From a virus: a DNA stretch of 64,000 nt. Position numbers and translations under genes: made by a program. The stretch spans positions 1-64,000 of IMG/VR virus record IMGVR_UViG_3300042197_000731; one strand, given 5' to 3'. The notes beneath the pieces were generated by a model, which saw only the letters and a list, made by a program, of their open reading frames with translations, searched no databases and was not told the DNA's origin. Position 1 is the stretch's first letter, and each line of letters opens with the position of its first letter. This document shows, piece after piece, positions 56,990 through 64,000 of the stretch.

Positions 56990-57282
56990 ATATTGTAGAA
57001 ACTGAAAAAACATCAAAAATACGATTAACCATCGAAGAGTTGAATGCTCGCGTGAAAGCGTCAATAGTTATATGTTTAGCATTAACATTAATGGGTATCG
57101 TATTTGTTGTACTGTACAGCATAATATTTGTAACTCAGCCATTAGATGCTATTAGTCCAATTGATGCTAAATTTTTTGAATTAATAATTCCAATTGCTAC
57201 CTTTTTAACTGGCACATTGTCTGGATATATTCTATCCGGGGGCAAAGACGATAAAAAGGATTGTAAGGGATCCAAAGATTAA
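56971..57282 (+). CDS. Two-TM membrane protein (holin-like size)
   Basis: 103 aa, two hydrophobic helices, charged C-terminus. Confidence 0.6.
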   Translation: MSEDTIDIVETEKTSKIRLTIEELNARVKASIVICLALTLMGIVFVVLYSIIFVTQPLDAISPIDAKFFELIIPIATFLTGTLSGYILSGGKDDKKDCKGSKD

Positions 57283-57638
57283 ATAGAATTTTCGTAGTTT
57301 CGCAGCAACGTTTTTATATCTCCATCCATTAATATAAGCGTTGCTGTGTACTCATCATCGAATGTATATAATTTGCCCTGGGCAGGCATCAAAAAATAGA
57401 AACTAGGATAATATCGTTCCAATTGAAGTAATAATTTATTTGTTACTAACCCATCTATATTAAAACAGAAAGATTTTAATTTACAGTCTTTTGTTAAAAA
57501 AGAAAAACCATTAAGAGTTAGCCGTAAACTATCATTATTGGAATTATTGAACCAAATAATATTTTTAAATTTTATCAGCGGCAGTCCAGATTGAGCCGCG
57601 AATATTTTATTCAATTCAGTTTGGGTATACTTTTTCAC
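57279..57638 (-). CDS. Hypothetical protein
   Basis: 119-aa ORF. Confidence 0.55.
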   Translation of the reverse strand: MKKYTQTELNKIFAAQSGLPLIKFKNIIWFNNSNNDSLRLTLNGFSFLTKDCKLKSFCFNIDGLVTNKLLLQLERYYPSFYFLMPAQGKLYTFDDEYTATLILMDGDIKTLLRNYENSI

Positions 57639-57906
57639 CTTGCTTCAACAGTATAACTTCAAACTGATTTGTCTTAAATAAGACGTTTAATTTCTTTGCT
57701 AAATTAATAGCATGACCTTTATTTGAAAAGGCAACTTTTTTGTATTTTGGACCAGGATAATTTACCAGCATATTGCTGGATTTAAGATTGAATGGTTGTC
57801 CATTATAAAACACAGCCCAAATGCCATCACTACTTAGTATCTGTTCGGTTTTATAATTACTTTTGTTTACATATTCAGTTAATATGTTGGGCTTGGGTCT
57901 ACTCAT
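57616..57906 (-). CDS. Hypothetical protein
   Basis: 96 aa, GAGGTG RBS, late promoter at 57948-57954. Confidence 0.65.
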   Translation of the reverse strand: MSRPKPNILTEYVNKSNYKTEQILSSDGIWAVFYNGQPFNLKSSNMLVNYPGPKYKKVAFSNKGHAINLAKKLNVLFKTNQFEVILLKQGEKVYPN

Positions 57907-57974
57907 TTACACACCTCTAACTTGATAAATTCAATAATATACTAATATATTTATCAAATACAGAGGTAATATCC

Positions 57975-58205
57975 CTATTTGAATCCGCCGCCCGACATTA
58001 CAACTTGAATTACTTTATTTGGATCTTCTTGATTAGTAGCAGGCTTAGACGATAATCGTGCTATCATTGATAGTAATTCAAAAATATCTGCCTGTAGACC
58101 ACGTGCTTCTTGTGCGGAAAGTGTTAAATCTCGTGAACCAGACTGGTTCATTATTTTAAGTTTATCATTAAACTTTTTGATATGTAGAGTTAAATTATGC
58201 TCCAC
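57975..58205 (-). CDS. Hypothetical protein
   Basis: 76-aa ORF. Confidence 0.5.
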   Translation of the reverse strand: MEHNLTLHIKKFNDKLKIMNQSGSRDLTLSAQEARGLQADIFELLSMIARLSSKPATNQEDPNKVIQVVMSGGGFK

Positions 58206-58659
58206 TGGATAATACCGCTTCCGCTTCTACTTTTGATTTGAATGGACCTAATGATTGATAACGATTTACCATGATAAGTTTAGGACAAAACATTATCTGC
58301 CATTCATTTTGAAATTTGATTGCGAAATACCCAGCACAATAGTGGCATTTACTGTTTTTCTTTTTAGTATATGCAGCAAACTTTTTCCTTACATTCCATA
58401 TGATATTATATGGTTTGCCGGATACTGGGTAATCGGTGATTAGATTTGAAGTGTTAGACTTTTTGCTATTTTTACGATCAAAGATGATATTATTTTCATC
58501 TCCTAACGTTGTAATACTGGCATAACGCTTTCGTTCTTGGTCTTTAACCAAAGAAAATCCACCAGCATCAATTGCTTGAATTGTGCCAATTTTTTGTCCA
58601 TTGGATTCAAGAATCCAATATTTGTTTGATAATACTGATTTTGCTATAGTTTTACTCAT
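58195..58659 (-). CDS. Hypothetical protein
   Basis: Start MSKTIAKSV at 58659 overlaps the rnh stop. Confidence 0.55.
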   Translation of the reverse strand: MSKTIAKSVLSNKYWILESNGQKIGTIQAIDAGGFSLVKDQERKRYASITTLGDENNIIFDRKNSKKSNTSNLITDYPVSGKPYNIIWNVRKKFAAYTKKKNSKCHYCAGYFAIKFQNEWQIMFCPKLIMVNRYQSLGPFKSKVEAEAVLSSGA

Positions 58660-59650
58660 TTGATGGATATGGGTTAGATAAAATATCGGCAATTGTATTA
58701 GACATCTCGCTTAGACGATTTAGTTCATACTTACCGCAAAACTTAAGAAACTCAATACCTACCATTGGTTTACTCTTGGGCACTGAGCCTGTGATAATAG
58801 TTTCTGTAATCCACTCTTTAACGTGGGCAGGTTGAGCCTTGAGATCAATTAGTGTTCGGTTGCGTTCGTAGTCATCTAGGACACGATGTTCGGTGCTATT
58901 GTGGTCAGTCCAACGCTGTAGCATTAGATTATTCCAGTTGAAGCCGCGAGTTTTACGATCTTCAAATGCTTCAATCAAACCTACTTTGTTCTTTGAGCCT
59001 TTAACACGAACGCCTGGGTAAGCACTGAATACATTATCAGAACTATCACCACGAATACACTTTTCAAAAAGTAGCCACTCTGGATCAGGAATAGTTTTTG
59101 GCTCTTTAGTCTTCTTGTCTATTACCTGCTTGTTCTTCTTATCAAAGATGCCATTAATGGTGTGTAGTTCTTCTGTAATACCATTGTACTGAGATACGTT
59201 TGACGCAAGTAGTTGATAGAAATCAGTATCACTACTAACGATGATATGTTCATCATTAGGATGATGTTGAATCCAACCACTGATTAGATCATCTGCCTCA
59301 AGATTATTGTGTTTAAGAACGGTACAATTGGTCTTTTCAATGAGAAAAGTCTTGAGTTTTTCAAAAGTTTCCCAGAAAAGTTTGTCTTCTTCTAGTTCAC
59401 TTTCTGTAAGTGCGGCTTTTGCTACGGTACGATTTTTCTTGTACGGTTCATAGAAGTCTTTACGCCAACTACGACCTTCAAGGCAAAATACAACATGTTT
59501 TGCGCCAAAATCACGGTATGCTTTATTGACGCTTGCTAGCGTTACGTGGATGGAAAATCCCAGCTTGTCCCATGTATCACTTTGCCGACTGGCGGTATGA
59601 CGAGCACGGAAAAAGGTGTTTGCGGTGTCTACGATTAGATATTTTGTCAT
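58652..59650 (-). CDS. rnh: RNase H / 5'-3' exonuclease (T4 rnh, FEN-like)
   Basis: LIVDTANTFFRA, WRKDFYEPYKKNR, LEADDLI, IVSSDTDFYQL, RGDSSDNV. Confidence 0.9.
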   Translation of the reverse strand: MTKYLIVDTANTFFRARHTASRQSDTWDKLGFSIHVTLASVNKAYRDFGAKHVVFCLEGRSWRKDFYEPYKKNRTVAKAALTESELEEDKLFWETFEKLKTFLIEKTNCTVLKHNNLEADDLISGWIQHHPNDEHIIVSSDTDFYQLLASNVSQYNGITEELHTINGIFDKKNKQVIDKKTKEPKTIPDPEWLLFEKCIRGDSSDNVFSAYPGVRVKGSKNKVGLIEAFEDRKTRGFNWNNLMLQRWTDHNSTEHRVLDDYERNRTLIDLKAQPAHVKEWITETIITGSVPKSKPMVGIEFLKFCGKYELNRLSEMSNTIADILSNPYPSNE

Positions 59651-59685
59651 TTTAAATGGATGTTTTATGTGATGGCATCAGGTAA

Positions 59686-60357
59686 TTAATTTACTAAGAT
59701 CGCCTTTTGATTTTTCGTTTTCATTTTTTTTCTTCCGGGCGTTGAATAGTCCTTAGACACATGAGTTTTGTAAGTATGGCAATTAGCACATAATGTTTGG
59801 CAATTTTCTTCTCTGTTATCGTATGGATCACCATTAATGTGATCAACCTGCAATTGAGCAGAAATTTTAATAGGATAGTTACAAATATACCCTAAGCGTC
59901 CATCAATATTTTCACAATAATTTTTTCTATGTTTTCTATATGAATGCTTTGAATTCATATAATCAATGTATGAGGCAAAGCCTGCCTCTTTCGCTCTTAA
60001 TTCATTCATTGAACTTACGCGATCAGCGTGTGAGGCAAAGCCTTCTCTTATCGCATTCGCATTCAACTGATCGGCGTATGAGGCAAAGCCTGCCTTTTTC
60101 GCCCTTACATTCAAATACTCATAGGGTGAGGCACAGCCCGCATTTTTGGCCACTACCTCTTCAATAGAATTTAGACCATGCTTTTCTGCGACTTTTTTGC
60201 CATGATGTTTAGCACATAGAGATCGAAAAAGAGGTGTACCATCTTTACGATATGTTCCCATATGTTGCCTAGCATTATTACACTCGGGGTTAACACATTT
60301 CGGACGATCACCGATGGGAATAAAAATTTTATATGTGCCTTCAGATGATTTTTTCAT
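59686..60357 (-). CDS. HNH endonuclease with internal repeats
   Basis: LQVDHINGDPYDNREENCQTLCANCH; N-terminal Cys cluster; four AG(F/C)AS repeats. Confidence 0.8.
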   Translation of the reverse strand: MKKSSEGTYKIFIPIGDRPKCVNPECNNARQHMGTYRKDGTPLFRSLCAKHHGKKVAEKHGLNSIEEVVAKNAGCASPYEYLNVRAKKAGFASYADQLNANAIREGFASHADRVSSMNELRAKEAGFASYIDYMNSKHSYRKHRKNYCENIDGRLGYICNYPIKISAQLQVDHINGDPYDNREENCQTLCANCHTYKTHVSKDYSTPGRKKMKTKNQKAILVN

Positions 60358-60393
60358 GATGCTATTACACTGATTGCTTGTTAAACACCGTGA

Positions 60394-60422
60394 ACTGTAT
60401 CATGACTTCATTTTTTTGTCAA
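60394..60422 (-). promoter_or_regulatory. sigma70-type promoter
   Basis: TTGACA-17 nt-(TG)n TACAGT. Confidence 0.6.
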
Positions 60423-60426
60423 GCGA

Positions 60427-60891
60427 TTACGAAATTTCTGTTCTGCCTGATCCTATGTCTTTTTTCTGAACACCTGACACTGGTCTAGGATTGTTGGCTT
60501 CGTATTGTTCAAATGTTTCTAGTACGACATTCCTACATACATCCTGAAACCATTGATCCACAATTTGTGAATCGTCATTGCCTTTATACCCAGCACGGAT
60601 CAATTTAGCAACAAAAAATTCGTTCCAATCTAATTCAAAAGCGCCATTACCGATATTATTAGGATCTAAATCCACATTTACAATACTAACATAAGGTTCG
60701 CCTTTTTCAGTGGCAATTTCTTTTGCGGTTTTCTTAACAATTGGTTTAGATTCCGTTGGCTTCTTAACACGTTTCTTTTTCTCTTTTACTGATTCAGAAA
60801 CAGGTTCTACAACAGTTTCAATATTAGATATCTGTTGAACACCTTGTTCTGGTTGTTTTTGAGAAAGTAAATTTTTGATTATATTGAGCAT
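60427..60891 (-). CDS. Hypothetical protein
   Basis: 154 aa, GAFELDWNEFFV..IVDQWF. Confidence 0.65.
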   Translation of the reverse strand: MLNIIKNLLSQKQPEQGVQQISNIETVVEPVSESVKEKKKRVKKPTESKPIVKKTAKEIATEKGEPYVSIVNVDLDPNNIGNGAFELDWNEFFVAKLIRAGYKGNDDSQIVDQWFQDVCRNVVLETFEQYEANNPRPVSGVQKKDIGSGRTEIS

Positions 60892-60900
60892 TTTAGTACT

Positions 60901-61146
60901 TTAATGTTTTAGTGACCATATGATAAATTCATGTTTATCAATATAAAATTTTTCAATAGTGAATGATCCAGGCGGGGAACCTGGACCAATCATTCTTGTA
61001 CCTTTGTAGCAATGTGTTAGCCACAGCCTCTTTTCTGTTAGAAAACATTTTCTTGGTAATATACAAAAATGTAAATGCCAATCTTTGACATATTTTAAAT
61101 ATGGAGTTATAAAATCAATATAATCCAAAGCGGCTGGACCTAACAT
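60901..61146 (-). CDS. Hypothetical protein
   Basis: 81-aa ORF. Confidence 0.5.
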   Translation of the reverse strand: MLGPAALDYIDFITPYLKYVKDWHLHFCILPRKCFLTEKRLWLTHCYKGTRMIGPGSPPGSFTIEKFYIDKHEFIIWSLKH

Positions 61147-61158
61147 AGACGGAAACTT

Positions 61159-61287
61159 TCATTGATTGCTTCTATTTATTTTTGAAACAATTTTGTATAA
61201 AAATTTCTGAAACCAAACTGTACTAATAATATATACAAAACTTAATATTGATAATGGAATAAATAGATATACTAAGTTATTGAACAT
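61159..61287 (-). CDS. Small membrane protein (42 aa)
   Basis: Not in the track: MFNNLVYLFIPLSILSFVYIISTVWFQKFLYK...; fills the gap between neighbours. Confidence 0.4.
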   Translation of the reverse strand: MFNNLVYLFIPLSILSFVYIISTVWFQKFLYKIVSKINRSNQ

Positions 61288-61288
61288 A

Positions 61289-61492
61289 CTAAATTGTTTT
61301 TCCCAAATCAATATAAATTAATCTGTCTAGCAAATCTTCGTAATTCTTGCCCAGTCTTCTTGCCTGCCAGATGTCTGTAAGCAATTGGATATGTTCAAAT
61401 GTTTTATCTAGGCCGCGATCTTTTACTGCTTCGATTAAAATATCATCGTCTATATCATCTACGTCAATATCTATAGTAATTTTTCTACTCAT
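61289..61492 (-). CDS. Hypothetical protein
   Basis: 67-aa ORF. Confidence 0.55.
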   Translation of the reverse strand: MSRKITIDIDVDDIDDDILIEAVKDRGLDKTFEHIQLLTDIWQARRLGKNYEDLLDRLIYIDLGKTI

Positions 61493-61524
61493 AGTGTGCC
61501 TTAGTATTAATTATATTAAAACAT

Positions 61525-61815
61525 TTATCTACCGATATTATCAATAAATATGATTTTTTCTACAGTTTTAGATACTTCTTCCTCTTCGTGAACGATATAA
61601 AGCACATTGTCGAATTCATCTATCTTTTTATTGTATCGTCTTGATGATAGAACATAACCGCCATTGGCATTGTGAACTGTAATAGTTAGTGGATATCTGG
61701 TATGTAGTGAGTTGACATCTTCTGCTACCGAAACTTCTAAGTTTCCCTTTAAGGCTCTACCAGACAACTTATTTGCCCCACTCCTACTGAACAGATTTCT
61801 TATCTTACTTAACAT
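61525..61815 (-). CDS. Hypothetical protein
   Basis: 96-aa ORF. Confidence 0.55.
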   Translation of the reverse strand: MLSKIRNLFSRSGANKLSGRALKGNLEVSVAEDVNSLHTRYPLTITVHNANGGYVLSSRRYNKKIDEFDNVLYIVHEEEEVSKTVEKIIFIDNIGR

Positions 61816-61820
61816 TGATA

Positions 61821-62000
61821 TTATCCTAGAATTCGTTGCTTTTCGAACTTTTTATATTGATCTGACTTGTATAAATCACGCTCATCAAACTTAAGCATGT
61901 TTTCTTTACAGAATTCTCTATACGCATCAAGATCATTAAAGATTCTAGTTACTTCAGGCTTCATTGTTAGATGCTTTTCGATGTACTTTGGCACTGCCAT
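61821..62000 (-). CDS. Hypothetical protein (59 aa)
   Basis: Not in the track: MAVPKYIEKHLTMKPEVTRIFNDLDAYREFC...; AAGGA RBS. Confidence 0.6.
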   Translation of the reverse strand: MAVPKYIEKHLTMKPEVTRIFNDLDAYREFCKENMLKFDERDLYKSDQYKKFEKQRILG

Positions 62001-62014
62001 GATAAATTTTCCTT

Positions 62015-62386
62015 TTAGATTTTAAGTAACATACTAGGTGTTCTCGTTTCATACTTTGCGAGAATACCCATATTTGAGTTGTTTAATTCTATCCAAATGT
62101 TTTTGTCTGGATAAAAAGTTGCTAATCTTTCATAGATATCATCCACTAATAGATGATAATTACTAGTATTTAACGACGAATCATCCTCTGGATATAAATT
62201 CATAATAGAAGGAATAACTTCATTCATATTTGTTGTTTGATTATTCCAAGTAGAACAATCAATCCACACTTTAAAAGATAGTTCTTCGCCATTGACATTT
62301 CGAACAAATTTTGCCCAGAATTTTTTGTCTGAATGTTTAATAATTCTCTGTCGTTGCTCAGAAAGCATTTGATCACGCTGTAACAT
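62015..62386 (-). CDS. Hypothetical protein, possibly a degenerate QueD-like (T-fold) protein
   Basis: FKVWI...LY...DDIYERLATFYPDKNIWIEL pattern, but no metal-binding HxH. Confidence 0.4.
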   Translation of the reverse strand: MLQRDQMLSEQRQRIIKHSDKKFWAKFVRNVNGEELSFKVWIDCSTWNNQTTNMNEVIPSIMNLYPEDDSSLNTSNYHLLVDDIYERLATFYPDKNIWIELNNSNMGILAKYETRTPSMLLKI

Positions 62387-62687
62387 ATAGTCCCTTCACT
62401 TCTTCAAGTTCTTTCATATTGTGATTAACGATATTGTCTTTGAACAATAGCAAGAACAACAATGCTGAATTTTTTTGAGAAAAATCTAAATGTAATCTCA
62501 TACCACCATTTCTTTGTTGTACCGAAACCTTGCTATTTTGAAATTGTATCGTGGTTATTTTCTTCGTGGAATCATAATTTATCTCTGCCTCCTGCATACG
62601 TGCCCACTCTATGACTTCATCAGTGAGTTTATCTATATCTATTGTTATAGGAAATAGTCTCATGAGTTTGCTTTTATATCTTGCCAT
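62373..62687 (-). CDS. Hypothetical protein
   Basis: ORF; the true start may be 62663 (MRLFP), overlapping the upstream stop. Confidence 0.5.
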   Translation of the reverse strand: MARYKSKLMRLFPITIDIDKLTDEVIEWARMQEAEINYDSTKKITTIQFQNSKVSVQQRNGGMRLHLDFSQKNSALLFLLLFKDNIVNHNMKELEEVKGLYVTA

Positions 62688-63583
62688 CCACTTTTCAGTG
62701 TTAATCCGTAGTCGTTAGTGCCCTGTATTGGCACATAATCGTCCTTGAAAAGCAATGGTATATTTTTGAAGGGATTATAATTTACTTCGTGATGAACTCT
62801 GCCAAATTTCCAGGTCAGTTTACTAACGTCTGGATGCATATCAACCTGCATTTGACTTTTAGCATTAGTGCCTTCTTTGGCGTAAAATTCAGCAGTATTA
62901 CCGCCACCTAATTTCTGAGTACGCATTTTATCTTGTAAGAAAGCATTAAACTGTACGGTTGCCCAACCTGCTTTAAGCATTCTTAAACTTATATCAGTGT
63001 CTTCATTATATCGACCACGCCATCTGAATGGAGTATCATTACGAATTAAGTTACAACTATAAATTCTGGTATTCGCAACAAAGGGTGGAATCTTGGAGTT
63101 TTGTGGAGCAAAAGCACGATATTGTGGACCCGCCATACCGATATTTTTATATCTGAGTACGAAGTCTTCCATGATCCTAAAACAAGTACCATCACCAAAT
63201 CTGATTTTCTTATTATCAGTCAATCGTAAAAATTCAGCAATGTTATCATCACTAATCCAATGCCAATCATGGCCAGTAGAAATACTATGATCCCACGCGA
63301 AGTTTCTGGCAGGGCCTGGCCCAGTTGATTTAGTCAATCCTAGATTATCAAAGCAATCATAATTGCGTTTATACGACATATCTAATTCTAATATCGTAGA
63401 AAATGACTTTTGTCCTGTATCTTTTTCCCAATTTCTTATTGACTTGTAATACAATTCACATTCTTGCGGCTCTACAACTAAGTAATGAGGTACTTTCATG
63501 AGATCCAATATTTTACTAGTCAATCTCATATTATTTTCAAATCTACCTTTTGTTGGAATATAGTATGGAAATTTTGGATTCAT
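62660..63583 (-). CDS. Glycosyltransferase, GREB1/TET-associated-like (possible DNA base modification)
   Basis: YIPTKGR, GPARNFAWDH, WISDDNI, TRIYSCNLI, WRGRYNEDTD. Confidence 0.7.
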   Translation of the reverse strand: MNPKFPYYIPTKGRFENNMRLTSKILDLMKVPHYLVVEPQECELYYKSIRNWEKDTGQKSFSTILELDMSYKRNYDCFDNLGLTKSTGPGPARNFAWDHSISTGHDWHWISDDNIAEFLRLTDNKKIRFGDGTCFRIMEDFVLRYKNIGMAGPQYRAFAPQNSKIPPFVANTRIYSCNLIRNDTPFRWRGRYNEDTDISLRMLKAGWATVQFNAFLQDKMRTQKLGGGNTAEFYAKEGTNAKSQMQVDMHPDVSKLTWKFGRVHHEVNYNPFKNIPLLFKDDYVPIQGTNDYGLTLKSGWQDIKANS

Positions 63584-64000
63584 ATTACATCTTTGTATGT
63601 TCTGTATCTTTTTATTTCACGCACGACATTAAAACTGACATTATAATCATCTGCTATTTCTTTCATCAAGCGTGAGTCATTTCTTATTGACCTTACATCA
63701 TTCTCTGACAGCGTTCGTTCTTTATATTTGTGATTACGTTTTTTATTATACATATCACGCACATTGTCTAAATGAGTTCCTAAAAATAAATGTTCTGGAT
63801 TTACACACAGTCTGTTGTCGCATTTATGACACACATAAAAATTATCAAGGATCATTCCAGACATTTCAGCGGAAAGTCTATGTGCTTTTACAGATTTTCC
63901 ATTATATGAAAAAGCACCATATCCAGTAGCATATCTTCCAGCAGTCCATTCCCAGCAACCATTAGATGTGTTTTTGTTTACTTTTTCCCAAAATCTTTGT
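63580..64000 (-). CDS. HNH homing endonuclease (5' end outside the window)
   Basis: The frame is open to the edge: RFWEKV..GCWEWT..GYG..AHR..VCHKCDNRLCVNPEHLFLGTHLDNVRDM, plus a C-terminal HTH-like segment. Confidence 0.85.
   Translation of the reverse strand, partial: QRFWEKVNKNTSNGCWEWTAGRYATGYGAFSYNGKSVKAHRLSAEMSGMILDNFYVCHKCDNRLCVNPEHLFLGTHLDNVRDMYNKKRNHKYKERTLSENDVRSIRNDSRLMKEIADDYNVSFNVVREIKRYRTYKDVI

Noticed and set aside
56852-57064. 70-aa minus-strand hydrophobic ORF
   Set aside because: It is antisense to the better-supported lipoprotein and 2-TM genes.
59971-60140. Regularly spaced tgaggcaaagcc motifs as a mini-CRISPR or guide array
   Set aside because: The spacings are multiples of 3 and the motifs are in-frame protein repeats of the HNH gene.
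1-64000. Stop-codon reassignment (alternative genetic code)
   Set aside because: The standard code gives long, intact, densely packed ORFs, including one of 4524 aa, so there is no sign of recoding.

Overview
This window is part of a large AT-rich, T4-like (myovirus-type) dsDNA phage genome. On the minus strand, 1-11.3 kb holds a head/tail module: a beta-helix virion protein, major capsid gp23, scaffold gp22, protease gp21, an acidic core protein, portal gp20 and a probable tape measure. A divergent gp26/gp51-like pair follows, apparently joined by a -1 slippery site. Next is a ~670-nt non-coding, highly base-paired region (12387-13057) directly downstream of a late-promoter-driven GIY-YIG nuclease, then gp46/gp47, the late sigma factor gp55 and a GIY-YIG homing endonuclease. 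The plus strand from 18 to 49.5 kb carries baseplate and fibre genes (gp53, hub, gp5-like spike-lysozyme, gp25, gp6, a 4524-aa protein, fibres), a glycosyltransferase cluster and dCMP deaminase. The mostly minus-strand region from 49.5 to 64 kb has thyA, DHFR, a MoxR-AAA/VWA pair, an RNase H-like exonuclease, HNH nucleases, a putative DNA glycosyltransferase and many small ORFs. Both T4-late-type (ATAAATA) and sigma70-type promoters are visible. The best candidates for novelty are the large structured RNA coupled to the GIY-YIG gene, the gp26/gp51 frameshift, and a tiny late-promoter sRNA downstream of gp23. All product calls come from motif recognition by eye; no database searches were run.
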